A stretch of 45,725 bases of DNA, from assembly GCA_964646395.1 (NCBI GenBank), contig CAZYEM010000002.1:1-45725 (forward strand), in the 5' to 3' direction. The notes beneath the pieces are model-generated. The model saw nothing but the letters and a program-made list of their open reading frames with translations. It made no database searches and had not been told where the DNA came from. Shown in pieces: positions 32,101 through 41,300 of the stretch. Position numbers and translations under genes: made by a program. This stretch comes from an uncultured Bacteroides sp. GTDB lineage: Bacteria > Bacteroidota > Bacteroidia > Bacteroidales > JACABE01. Each line of letters begins with the position of its first letter. Positions within the stretch are counted from its first letter, which is position 1.

Positions 32101-35100
32101 CTTCAGATTCTTTATTTTGGTTTGATAATATCAATAGCAATACAAGCTTTGGGCAAGGAGCTGTTTTCACAACTCCTCATCTTTTTGCTACGGATACATT
32201 CTATGTTGCTGCAAATACCGGTAAAAACGTTTTAGCAACAATCGGGACAGGAATTTCTGTAAATACAAATACGTCATATCCGGCTCCTTATGGGAATTCC
32301 TATTGGGGTGCAAAACACCAGATTTTAATTTTAAAATCTGAATTGGATGCATTGGGTATTACCAGTGGGCCACTTACCTCTGTTGCATTTGATGTTGCTA
32401 CAGCTCAGGGTAGTGCACTTCAGAATTTTGAAATCAAGATGGGACATACACCACAGAATTATATGTTACAATCTGCCTGGGCCAATAGTATAACAACTCC
32501 GGTATATTCAGCTGCTTCATATATAGATGTAATTGGATGGAATACTCATACTTTTACAACCCCTTTTATTTGGAATGGTATTGATAATGTTGTAGTTGAT
32601 GTTTGTTTCAACAACTCAAGTTCCAGCTATAATGCTAAAACAAGATATACTTCTACATCCTTTATTTCAGTGACTGCCAGAACGAGTCAGTTAACTAATG
32701 TTTGCACCAACCCTACTGCAATGTTTAACTCTATTGACCGCCCAAACATGCAGATACGGCAAAATGTTCAAGGTTGTATCAGCCCGAAAACTCCTGTAAT
32801 AGTAACAGTAACAAATACTCCTGCTGTTGATGCCGGAATTTCTCAGATAACATCCCCTGTAGGATCTATACCTTCAGGGATTAATACTCCAATAAAGGCT
32901 TTAATTAAAAACTATGGAAGCGGTAATTTAACTTCTGCAATGATTGGTTGGTCAATAGATGGTGTTATTCAAACACCGCAAAACTGGATTGGAAATTTAA
33001 GTTCTGGTCAATCTTCAATTCCTTATCAAATAGCAACTATCCCATTTATCGGGGGTATTCATAAAATCAAAGTATGGACGTATAATCCGAATAATATAGC
33101 TGATATTTATGCAATTAACGATACAGCAACTCAAACATTTTCTGTCTGTATGAATGGTAGTTTTACCATTGGTAATGGTAAGAATTTTCCATCGTTCAAT
33201 GCTGCTTTAACAGCTCTGGATACTGCAGGTATTTGTGGAAATGTTGTTTTTTTAGTTGATTCAGGGACTTATAATGAAAGACTTCTTATTGGAGCTATAC
33301 CTGGAATGGGTATAAATGCAACCGTTACATTTACTTCTGCTACAGGAGATAGTACTGATGTAATATTGCATTACTCAACCTCTTCTGTTGAAACATGGGC
33401 TATTAAGTTTAATGGATGCAGTTATTTTAAATTTACAAAAATGAAATTATCTGTTATTGGAGGAACTAATTATGGAAGAGTTATGGAATTAGCAAATGCG
33501 GCAAATCATATTGAAATTTCCAACTGTATTATTGAAGGAATTATAACTTACAATGCTGATTATTCGTGTGCACTTATTTTTTCTGATGGAATTGGATTAA
33601 ATCATAATACATTTAAAAATAATTTATTATTAAATGGTTCTATTGGTATTTATTTAAATGGGTATAGTGGAAATCTCCATAGTAAAAATTCAATCCGTAA
33701 TAACATTATAAAAGATTTTTCTTTTTATGGTATTTATATGAATCGTCAGGATAGTGTATCGGTTATTTCAAATACAATTGAAAACAAAGCAGATGGTGGA
33801 TTTGTATATGCATTGAGTGCTAATTACACTAATAATGGAATTTTTACAAAGAATAAGATTCACCTTAATGGAGCTGCTATGGTTTATGGCATTGATATGA
33901 ATAATAATAATTTAGGTGGTAACAATGGTGAAGGAAATTCGATTGTGGGTAATAATTTTGTTTCTCAAACTTATGGAACAACCTTTGTATACAATGTATA
34001 TGGAATTAATAATGTAAATAACAAAAATACAAATTATTACAACAACTCAGTAAATATTAGTGGCAGCAATTCAGCTTCTTATGCTTTCTATACAAGTGCT
34101 GGTTCATTAAATAATATTATAAACAATATATTCAGCAATAAAGGAGGTAGTTATGCTTATTATGCCGTTAATTCAACAGGTATTAATATCAGTAATTATA
34201 ATAATTTATATACTACTGGTCTTAATTTAGCTTACTGGGGGTCTGATTGTAGTAATCTGAATAGTTTTAAGACATTAAGTGGTAAAGAGCAAAATTCAAT
34301 ATCTGTTATTCCAGGATTTTTCTCATCAACAAATCTTCATTTAATAAATTTTGAGTTAAATGCCAAAGCAACTCCATTAACTTCAGTAAATGAAGATATT
34401 GATGGTGAAATAAGAAATCTGACAACACCTGATATAGGTGCAGATGAATTTAATTTGCCTGCAAATGATGCAGGTATTACTGCTGTTACTGCACCAATAA
34501 GTCCGGTTAATGCAGGTAATCAGACTGTAAAGGCTGTAATCAGAAATTTTGGTTCAGCTAATTTAACTGCTGTATCTATACAATGGTCTGTTAATGATAT
34601 AATACAACCATCTGTTGTGTGGGCAGGCAATCTTATTTCTGGAGATACTATTTCAAAAGTACTCGGAAATTTTAACTTTAACGGAGGGATGAGCAATACG
34701 ATAAAAGTATGGACTAATCTTCCCAATGGAATGATAGATTTATGGAATGATAATGATACTATAAATAAGGATATTACTGTATGTTCGGGTCCATTGACAG
34801 GAATATATACTATCGGAGGTGGCGGTGCTAATTTCTCAACTGTGAACTCTGCTGTACAATCATTAAATTATTGTGGTATAAGTGGACCGGTTACTTTTAA
34901 TGTAAATCCTGGTTTTTATAACGAACAATTTGTGATAAATCAAATTCAAGGTTCATCTGCAGCCAACAAAGTTACTTTCCAATCTTCAAACGGCGATAGT
35001 AGCAGTGTTATTATCGGGTTTGACTATACTCAGACTGGAAATAATTATGTAATTAAGCTTGATGGAACCCAATATCTTACAATTAAGGGTATGACTATCC

Positions 35101-38100
35101 GCCAAACCAATTCAATAAATGGAAACGTTATTGTATTTAAAGGGATGTCATCCAATATAACCATTGCTAACAATCGTCTCGAAATGCCTTTAAATGCAGG
35201 TGGAACTTCTGTTGCCATTCTTACTTTCAATTCAGATTTTGGAAATGACAATAAAATACTGAACAATTATATTTTGAATGCATACAATGGAATTGTTATG
35301 CAAGGCTCAACAATCTTAACAGCAAAACGAAATGTTATTGAAGGAAATACATTCAAAAGCTTCAATTATTATGGTATTCAAGCTGATTATCAAGACTCAT
35401 TAATAATTAGAAAAAACAGTTTTGAAACAAATTCTACTTTAGCTTCTAAAAGAGCTGTTTATTTAACTTCTCCAACTAATAGTCTGTTTATCGATAAAAA
35501 TAAAATAAAAATGTTGGTTCCAGGAGTGAATTTAAATGGTATTTATATTATTAATTCAAATGGAACAACCAACAGCAGACAGTTTATCACTAACAATTTT
35601 ATCAGCATAAATGGAAGTTCAGGCTATGGTATTTATTTAAATTCGCCTAATTATATTACAATTGCTAATAATTCATTAAATATTGATTTCACAACAAATA
35701 GCCCATCTACTTCTGCGTTATATGCTTCAGGTGGAGGTAATAATTTGCTTTATAATAACAGTATTGTTGGGATTGATAGTACTTATCTGATTTATGTTGC
35801 TACCAATTCTATATTCAATAACAGTAACAATAATAATTTTTACAAAACAGGAGGACCTAATTTTGCTTTTTGGGGTACAAATGCTGCAAATCTTAATGCA
35901 CTTAAATTAATCAGTACAAAGGATAGCAATTCAGTAGCTGTAAATCCTTCCTATATTTCTGTATCAGATTTACATTTATATTCTCCCGTATTAAATAATA
36001 TTGGAAAAGTAATAACAGAAGTTCCCGATGATATCGATGGACAACTAAGAAGTCAAAGTTTTCCTGATATAGGTGCAGATGAATATACTCCAGTGCCTAT
36101 CGATTTGGCTGCAATAGAACTGATTGAACCCATTTCCACATATTCTCAGTCGGGTGTTAATATTCCAGTTAAAATGAGTATAAGAAATTATGGTTCCGAT
36201 AGTATTGCTAATTTTTATGTAGTTTGTAAATTTGGCAATGCTACAGCTGTTTCTCAGTTATATTCTGCTTATCTGCATGTAGGTCAAATAGATACTATTA
36301 CGTTTGTAAATCAACCTGTTGTTCCAGGTCCATTTGAAATCAAAGTTTATATTTCTTTGTCAACAGATGGAAATCACAGTAACGATACTGTTAAATCTAT
36401 GTATTTTGGAATTCCAATCAAGAATATTCCTTATGCTGAAAACTTTGACAATACAACAGAAGAATGGTTTGTTTCCGAACCAGCCTCTATATGGAACCGT
36501 GGAGTTCCCAATGCTAATGTAATTAATATAGCACATAGTACGCCTAACGTTTGGGCAACAAATTTAAATGGAAATTATATTAATAATAATACCAGCATAC
36601 TTTATACTCCGATATTCAACAATTCAGGTTACAATGCTGATACATTGAAATTCTGGCATTGGATAGATGCAGAAAATAATAAGGATGGCGGTTTTATTGA
36701 ATATAAGAATGTTTCAGGAAATTGGGAGTATTTAGGTGGTATGAATAGTCAGGATACTAATGCAACCAATTGGTATAACTCCATATTATTAAATAAATGG
36801 ACTGGTAATAGTGCTGGATGGCAGGAATCTAAGTATATAATCGGTAATTTATCCAACATTGGCAATACAGTTCAATTCAGATTTGTATTTAAATCAGATG
36901 CTACAAACAACAATTACAACGGATGGGCTATTGATGATTTTGAAATTACAATTCAACCAATTGCAAATGATGCTGGTGTTATCGAAATAATAAATCCAGT
37001 TTCATCATTATTAGGCGATACTGTTTATCCAAAAGTTAAGATTAAAAACTTCGGATTAAATACGCTTACTTCTATACCTGTAAAATATTCGGTTAACGGA
37101 CAAGTAATTGCTTCAGAGGTGTTTAATACAATGTTAGCTCCTGGTTCAACTGCTGATTATACTTTCAGTCAATATTTTAAAGTAACCACACAACCTTTAT
37201 ATACTATCAAAGCATATACCGTTTTGGCTGGAGATTATTATAATGTTGCTGATACAACAATTAAAGTTGTTAATGTATCTCCTGCTTTAAAAGATGTTGG
37301 TATTCTGAGTATTATAAGTCCGGCAGATACTGTATATGCTGGAAGTATTGTAACCGTTATTGTTAAAATTAAAAACTATGGAAGTTCAGCAGTTTCTTCA
37401 ATTCCTGTTTCTTACAAAAGAGGAAGTCAGCCTGCTCAGAATGATACATGGACAGGTGCTGCATTAAATTCAGGTGATACTGCAACATTTTCATTCCCTG
37501 TTACATTTACTGTAAGCATGGGTAGTTCATTTGCCTTTAGCGCATATACAAGTCTGGTAAGTGATGCATTCGATTTGAATAATAAAATTACCAAATCTAT
37601 TATTATATCATCATTACCAGGGAGCTCAGGTAATATTACATCTGCAACTATTGGTACTTATGGTGGCGACACTATTTGTTTTCCTACTGGAAGCTCTTCT
37701 CCTATAATTGCAACTTATACTGTTCCAGTTATTGCAAATGCAACAAATTATATCTGGAATTATACAGGAAGCAATGTAACTTACAATAATTCTACTTCTT
37801 CTAATTCTGTAGATTTAACTTTCAATACTAATTCAACAGATGGTATTTTAACTGTTTATGGTAAAAATACACTTGGTAATGGAAACTCTTCACCTGCTTT
37901 TGCAATTGATGTTATTTTGAATTGTACAATTGGTATTGAAGATGAATTTATAGATAAGTTCTGGCTTGGTCAGAATATGCCAAATCCTGCTTCAGGTATT
38001 ACAAACATTGAATACAATTTACCGGAAGCTGGAGAAGTTAAGTTTGATATTATTACTGTTTATGGTCAGAATATTTACTCAATTTCAAAGAATACAGATG

Positions 38101-38213
38101 CTGGTAACTATTTAATTGAATTCAATACTAAGGACTTACCTGTTGGAATTTATTATTATTCAGCTTGTTTCAAAGGTAAGATTCTTACCAGGAAAATGCT
38201 TATTAATAAATAA
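26118..38213 (+). CDS. Giant T9SS-secreted mosaic surface protein, paralog 3 (4031 aa, rearranged architecture)
   Basis: Signal peptide MKRIFLLLLVVLLTLYLPA|Q. N-terminal MAM-like domain homologous to paralogs 1 and 2. Four beta-helix super-modules (four ...IGADEF/Y caps), about 9 CARDB-like units and no GEVED domain. T9SS domain FWLGQNMPNPASG...VGIYYYSACF...RKMLINK. Confidence 0.95.
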   Translation: MKRIFLLLLVVLLTLYLPAQTIIAFHEDFELPSLDDSLSSSSIPAGGNPWAISTKLKSSGLRSDSSRVQDSKTTYLTTISFSTIGYNNVSLKFAQICKLLVQDGGFIQYSIDGGTNWQIVTNSYYRGNGVFTLLNKFSENCYGTLWKPGDTLTLPTNSWWTYEIFNMSSLISNQANVKLRFCISDGGTIGGEGRYGWLLDDIKVVASVNEIDDPKITFKTPIIKDSVTNTGPFLIKAFISDASAITSANLVYNVNGGSDNIIAMTNISDSSYIGEIPSYTYNTTISYKIIATDQYANQNISNSYSFIIKKIPLIVEIGTGLLTSSYAPISVISSTSSNLYSYNASVYKASEINATGYIKSIAWNKATTGNYNLGNASFKIYLKEVPANTNVSTTYAAYNTDITGATLVYSKLTQSITGNTGWDTYNFNVDSFAYSGQNDLMVFVEFYRPGNANAAIKYYYSPSTDKAYTFTGPIVPPALSFANYRPDIRLAIITPVFLNDAGVSLITSPTGILFTTIPIPVKVKVKNYGSSILSKTNVHWSLDSIYQGSVTWTGNMMEGLVSSEILLGNITISNGNHVVKAWTDLPNDSIDNNNMNDTVNGSFYRCPQILSGTYTVGNSASDYNTLNDALTALLNCGINGPVVFKIKPGIYQQFTIPIIPGTSAVNTITFESESGNNNDVKIIYAASNATDNWVIRIDGAEYIKIKNISVQAQGTTYGNGIELMNAASHNTIEGCKIIVPSINTSNCSGITTYSITTKEQYNTYKNNVILNGFYGINNYGPGSGEKGNIIEGNTINGFYYAGIYSYYQDSVTINSNIVENGTNAIGPTGISVNSHSNLLSISNNKVYVYSIGNSGNAGITMSNCTNHGSQPGIISNNFVSQSAISGSVYGIMSSYGIYQNFYYNSVNITSGNPSTSYNFYTNGGSNVNLLNNNLCNTGGGYAYYVNNMNPPPFVNTDYNNLYTTGTNLAYWNTNITNLSALQLASNFEAHSITANPGFISLTDLHSNSIMLNNAATPVSGVLYDIDGELRNSSTPDIGADEFQIFADDAGIISLESPVVNCSGNAIDVIVKLKNFGANILTSVSINWTLNGVNQPIVNYTGNLPNLSSTNVLLSNYTFVQGINYIIKVWVSNPNGQIDNNFVNDTLLINYITALNGSYTIGATAADYASINLAVADLILKGVCGPTVFNILPGTYNENVSIPQILGSSATNTITFQSSNGDSTSVKLIYSSAGANDNFVFKLNGADNIIIKNLTLQNNGGAFSKVVELAFSANNIRILNNIINSSVSTTNTAAGIYNASGLDNYNIYRNNIISNGYYGIYVYGASATSLEKGTIIDGNTIIGSSSFGIYSTFQDSVSITSNTVEPGSSTIMIYGIFNSYSKNTLKISNNKVNIHNPGTGINYGISVNYCDNTATQPGIIANNFVSQSGTSVPISGLYCENSTFQNYYHNSVNITSGASGNSYSFRVKNGSTIKLKNNILSNTGSGYAYYIETISAIVNSDYNNLYATGSNLAYWGGTSAANLTALQALSNKDSNSMSIDAWFINNTDLHAENPLLYHKGTPIAEISDDIDGDTRNIMTPCIGADEFLSFPNDAKVKAFYTLGKLPKIAGSPHFVKSVIFNRGLNTLYNLSVNLSISGSNTFTNTYNIDSIHPGAYDTISFSGFSPPNFGVNNVKVSVPADDLLTNNEMNFMQTVTDTVFSYADTSTSYSKIGFGTASGMMLAKFYVNGNKTIPSINVYIVDSNSIGRQVYAVILKNGVVADTSVIITITANDINTWKRFEFVNPAATTTSNNYFYAGIAQISTLYSAFYPLGIQKEFPVRKNAYYTAALNGSNLTQTTDMGRFMINANLGNPTNKDASVIGILSPNSGCGLSSELVKIVVQNKGTDTIYGGQNVLIAKYGLNLNGILINVHSQQITDTIYPAAIKNISFNVPLNVIAPFADSAYQLVAWVELANDPFTNNDTIYHSFVAKFTPLAPLSNAVTIPYGTTANLTAISSDSLFWFDNINSNTSFGQGAVFTTPHLFATDTFYVAANTGKNVLATIGTGISVNTNTSYPAPYGNSYWGAKHQILILKSELDALGITSGPLTSVAFDVATAQGSALQNFEIKMGHTPQNYMLQSAWANSITTPVYSAASYIDVIGWNTHTFTTPFIWNGIDNVVVDVCFNNSSSSYNAKTRYTSTSFISVTARTSQLTNVCTNPTAMFNSIDRPNMQIRQNVQGCISPKTPVIVTVTNTPAVDAGISQITSPVGSIPSGINTPIKALIKNYGSGNLTSAMIGWSIDGVIQTPQNWIGNLSSGQSSIPYQIATIPFIGGIHKIKVWTYNPNNIADIYAINDTATQTFSVCMNGSFTIGNGKNFPSFNAALTALDTAGICGNVVFLVDSGTYNERLLIGAIPGMGINATVTFTSATGDSTDVILHYSTSSVETWAIKFNGCSYFKFTKMKLSVIGGTNYGRVMELANAANHIEISNCIIEGIITYNADYSCALIFSDGIGLNHNTFKNNLLLNGSIGIYLNGYSGNLHSKNSIRNNIIKDFSFYGIYMNRQDSVSVISNTIENKADGGFVYALSANYTNNGIFTKNKIHLNGAAMVYGIDMNNNNLGGNNGEGNSIVGNNFVSQTYGTTFVYNVYGINNVNNKNTNYYNNSVNISGSNSASYAFYTSAGSLNNIINNIFSNKGGSYAYYAVNSTGINISNYNNLYTTGLNLAYWGSDCSNLNSFKTLSGKEQNSISVIPGFFSSTNLHLINFELNAKATPLTSVNEDIDGEIRNLTTPDIGADEFNLPANDAGITAVTAPISPVNAGNQTVKAVIRNFGSANLTAVSIQWSVNDIIQPSVVWAGNLISGDTISKVLGNFNFNGGMSNTIKVWTNLPNGMIDLWNDNDTINKDITVCSGPLTGIYTIGGGGANFSTVNSAVQSLNYCGISGPVTFNVNPGFYNEQFVINQIQGSSAANKVTFQSSNGDSSSVIIGFDYTQTGNNYVIKLDGTQYLTIKGMTIRQTNSINGNVIVFKGMSSNITIANNRLEMPLNAGGTSVAILTFNSDFGNDNKILNNYILNAYNGIVMQGSTILTAKRNVIEGNTFKSFNYYGIQADYQDSLIIRKNSFETNSTLASKRAVYLTSPTNSLFIDKNKIKMLVPGVNLNGIYIINSNGTTNSRQFITNNFISINGSSGYGIYLNSPNYITIANNSLNIDFTTNSPSTSALYASGGGNNLLYNNSIVGIDSTYLIYVATNSIFNNSNNNNFYKTGGPNFAFWGTNAANLNALKLISTKDSNSVAVNPSYISVSDLHLYSPVLNNIGKVITEVPDDIDGQLRSQSFPDIGADEYTPVPIDLAAIELIEPISTYSQSGVNIPVKMSIRNYGSDSIANFYVVCKFGNATAVSQLYSAYLHVGQIDTITFVNQPVVPGPFEIKVYISLSTDGNHSNDTVKSMYFGIPIKNIPYAENFDNTTEEWFVSEPASIWNRGVPNANVINIAHSTPNVWATNLNGNYINNNTSILYTPIFNNSGYNADTLKFWHWIDAENNKDGGFIEYKNVSGNWEYLGGMNSQDTNATNWYNSILLNKWTGNSAGWQESKYIIGNLSNIGNTVQFRFVFKSDATNNNYNGWAIDDFEITIQPIANDAGVIEIINPVSSLLGDTVYPKVKIKNFGLNTLTSIPVKYSVNGQVIASEVFNTMLAPGSTADYTFSQYFKVTTQPLYTIKAYTVLAGDYYNVADTTIKVVNVSPALKDVGILSIISPADTVYAGSIVTVIVKIKNYGSSAVSSIPVSYKRGSQPAQNDTWTGAALNSGDTATFSFPVTFTVSMGSSFAFSAYTSLVSDAFDLNNKITKSIIISSLPGSSGNITSATIGTYGGDTICFPTGSSSPIIATYTVPVIANATNYIWNYTGSNVTYNNSTSSNSVDLTFNTNSTDGILTVYGKNTLGNGNSSPAFAIDVILNCTIGIEDEFIDKFWLGQNMPNPASGITNIEYNLPEAGEVKFDIITVYGQNIYSISKNTDAGNYLIEFNTKDLPVGIYYYSACFKGKILTRKMLINK
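26175..26735 (+). other. N-terminal MAM / choice-of-anchor-J-like domain (paralog 3)
   Basis: FHEDFELPS ... GRYGWLLDDIKV, homologous to 3786-4340. Confidence 0.55.
27060..27590 (+). repeat. Unassigned module X, divergent subtype 1 (paralog 3)
   Basis: VEIGTGLLTSSYAPISV...YNASVYKASEINATGYIKSIAWNK...ASFKIYLKEV...GWDTYNF...QNDLMVFVEFYRPGN...NYRPDIRLA. The conserved Cys is lost here. Confidence 0.5.
27951..29243 (+). repeat. Beta-helix super-module 3A
   Basis: Opens GTYTVGNSASDYNTLNDALTALLNCGINGPVVFKIKPGIYQQ...NTITFES. Closes DIDGELRNSSTPDIGADEF. Confidence 0.7.
29583..30875 (+). repeat. Beta-helix super-module 3B
   Basis: Opens GSYTIGATAADYASINLAVADLILKGVCGPTVFNILPGTYNEN...NTITFQS. Closes DIDGDTRNIMTPCIGADEF. 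Confidence 0.7.
32235..32759 (+). repeat. Unassigned module X, subtype 2 (paralog 3)
   Basis: ATIGTGISVNTNTSYPAPYGNSYWGAKHQILILKSELDALGITSGPLTSVAFDV...LQNFEIKMGHT...GWNTHTFTTPFIWNGIDNVVVDVCFNN...IDRPNMQIR. Confidence 0.6.
33156..34451 (+). repeat. Beta-helix super-module 3C
   Basis: Opens GSFTIGNGKNFPSFNAALTALDTAGICGNVVFLVDSGTYNER...ATVTFTS. Closes DIDGEIRNLTTPDIGADEF. Confidence 0.7.
34800..36086 (+). repeat. Beta-helix super-module 3D
   Basis: Opens GIYTIGGGGANFSTVNSAVQSLNYCGISGPVTFNVNPGFYNEQ...NKVTFQS. Closes DIDGQLRSQSFPDIGADEY. Confidence 0.7.
36426..36959 (+). other. Second, C-proximal MAM-like domain (paralog 3)
   Basis: IPYAENFDNTTEEWF...LKFWHWIDA...VQFRFVFKSD...YNGWAIDDFEITIQP. 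Confidence 0.55.
37608..37925 (+). other. PKD/Ig-like module inserted just before the sorting domain (paralog 3)
   Basis: SSLPGSSGNITSATIG...ATYTVPVIANATNYIWNYTGSNVTYNN...VDLTFNTNSTDGILTVYGKNTLGNG...ILNC. Confidence 0.45.
37956..38210 (+). other. Type-A T9SS C-terminal sorting domain (paralog 3)
   Basis: KFWLGQNMPNPASGITNIEYNLPEAGEVKFDIITVYGQNIY...LPVGIYYYSACFKGKILTRKMLINK. Confidence 0.85.
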
Positions 38214-38341
38214 TATTAAAAACTATGCTTAATCATTTTAAAATAAACAACTATATATATTCATCCAATTAAATTAGTGTATTTTACTATTGTAGTTGCA
38301 CTTACAACAATTAAATCTTTTATTAATTAATATTTATTATC

Positions 38342-41300
38342 ATGAAAAAATCATTGATTTTCTTAAGTTTAGTACTCGTATTTGCAACGAGTACATGGGC
38401 TCAGCTTACAGGGCAAAAATACATCCCTGGTTCAGGTGGTCTCAACGATTATTCAAGTATAGCTTTAGCAATTGCTGATCTGAATTTGCAAGGTGTTGGT
38501 ACTGGTGGCGTTACTTTCAATGTAGCTTCTGCTTATACCGAAACCATTACAGCAACCTTATCAGTTACAGCAACCGGTACTTTAGCTAATCCTATTATTT
38601 TCAGGAAAGATGGATTGGGAGTTAATCCTTTGGTTACATCTTATTCAACAGGAATTTCAACCCCTGACTCAACAGTACAGGATGGTATCTGGAATTTTAT
38701 TGGATCAGATTATGTAACTATAAATGGTATAGATCTTTATGATCCAAATACTTCTAATCCTTCAACAATGGAATATGGTTATGGTTTTTTTAAAGCCAGT
38801 TCAAGCGATGGTTGTCAGTACAATACAATACAAAATTGCATTGTAACACTTAATAAAATTAACAATGCTTTAGGTGGCACTATTGCTTTAGATGGTTCAA
38901 AAGCCATTAATTTTGTAAATGCATTGGTTACAGCCCAAAAAACGGTGGTTGTTCCTACTTCTGAAAATGGTACAAATTCTTACAATAAATTATACAGCAA
39001 TACATTGCAAAACTGTAATATTGGTATTGCAATAATAGGTTTTGTTGATGTTACTTCTTCTGTCTTATGCGATTTTGGAAATGATATCGGTGGAAGTTCA
39101 GCTGCAACCGGAAATAATATCATAAACTTTGGAGGAGCTCCAGGTGCTGCAGGTACTACTAATCCTGCTGCGGGTATAAGAACATTAGGGCAATATGATA
39201 TCAATGTTTCTTATAATACTATTAATAACAATAATGGCTCAGGTGTGAACCATGGATCTACAATCAGAGGTATTTATCTGAATACTGCCATAAACGCAAG
39301 TTCAACTATTACTTACAATACAATTACCATCAAGAGTTTTATGAAAGTAACTCCCAGTCAGGTTTCTGTAATCGAGAATGTTTCCGGAGCAAATGGAATT
39401 TCAAATACAATTAATATCAGCCAGAATACCATTACCAATTGTACGAATGATTCATGTACACAAGCTTTCTGGTATGGGATTTACAATACTGCCAGTTGTG
39501 CAAATCTGAAAATTATGGGTAATACATTCAGCAACAATACTACAAAAGCTACTACTGGTAATTCAAATTTAATTCTTAGTAGCGGAGCTGTCACCTTAAC
39601 GGATAGTATTTGCAATAATAATGTAAGTTTTAGCCATATTAATACCACAGCTTGTTCAGCAACGATTTCCAGTATTTATAATTCAGGAACAACAAATACT
39701 TGTACGGTTGTTATTAACAATAATAATTTCTTAAATTATAATTTTAATACGCCAGGTACTGGTTCATTATATTTTATACATAATGCTGGATTAAATAATT
39801 CTCCATCAAATGTTTACATTTCAAACAATACCTGGAGCAATTTAACATTGAATTATTCAGGTACTATTTATTTATGTAATCAAGGTGCTAGTATCAAAGG
39901 GCCTGAATTTAATTTTACCAATAATTATATTGTAGGAAACTTAATCCGCACAGGAACTGTAGGCACTTTTTATTGTCTTTCTAATTCTTCATCTAATAAT
40001 ATTGCAACTGTAATAACTATTGCTGATAATGACTTTTCTAACATTACAGCAAGCGGAACAGGATCGGGAACATTCTACGGAATCAATGAAGCATCAACAA
40101 CACCAGCTCCATATAGTTTGAAAAAGGTATATAATAATACTGTTTCTAATATTACAAACACATTGGGTACAGGAACATTCACAGGAATACTTGTTAATAC
40201 AATGGGACCTGGTATTACTTCTACTCCATCAATAATATATGATAATACAGTAAGTGGTATTAGCACAGTTGGTACTATTAATGGTTTTTCCCTTGGTTCT
40301 ACATCTTCATTAGCATCCAGGTATCAGGCATATAATAATACAATCAACACTTTAACTTCTTCTGGAGCTTCTTCTACTGTAAATGGTGTTAATTTAGCCA
40401 GTAGCGGTGCAGGTGCTGATTTTTTTAAACATAATATTTATAATATTAAAGCTACAGGTGCTACTGCCTTTGCTAATGGAATTTTAATTCCTTCAGGTGG
40501 TATAAATACAAATGTTTACAATAATTTTATTTCTGATATTAAAACTCCAAATAATTCAAATACTACTATTACAGATGGTGTAAGAGGAATCAGTATCACT
40601 TCAATATCTGCTAACACAAATATTAATTTGTATTATAATACGATTTATCTGGATGCAACTTCTGTGGGGACTAATTTTTCTTCATCAGCTGTTTTTCATA
40701 CTTATAACGCAACAGCAACTTCAGCTGTTTTAAATATGCAGAACAATATTCTGGTAAATAATTCAATACCCAAGGGAACCGGTATAGCATCTGCATTCAG
40801 AAGAAGTGCCGCAACCAGTATTGTAAACATTTCTCAAAATTGCAACTTTAATTGTTTTTATGCAGGAACTCCTGATACCAAGCATCTTATTTATTATGAC
40901 GGAACCAATTCTGATCAAAGCATTACAGCTTACAGAGCACGGGTTTTGGACAGAGATCTTCAGTCATTTAGAGAATTACCTCCATTTTCTAATATAGCTA
41001 CACTTCCTTATGATCTTCATTTAACATCTGCTGCTGCTACACAATGTGAAAGCGGAGGACAACAAATTTCTGGCATTACAACTGATTTTGATGATGAAGG
41101 TCGTTTTGGTTCAGTTATGCCTCCTTATTTGGGTGTTGGAACATCAACTGATATTGGTGCTGACGAAAGCGATTTACTTATGGTAACCGATATTATTGCT
41201 CCAGCTATTGTTTATACTCCGGTTATAAATACAGCTTTTCCTACAAGTACAATAATTGCAAATATTACAGATCCAAGTGGTGTACCATCTGTTATGGGTG

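Noticed and set aside
38296-38478. 60-aa + strand ORF overlapping the start of giant 4 in another frame.
   Set aside because: It starts from a non-ATG codon and has no features. It is superseded by ATG 38342, which begins a canonical signal peptide.
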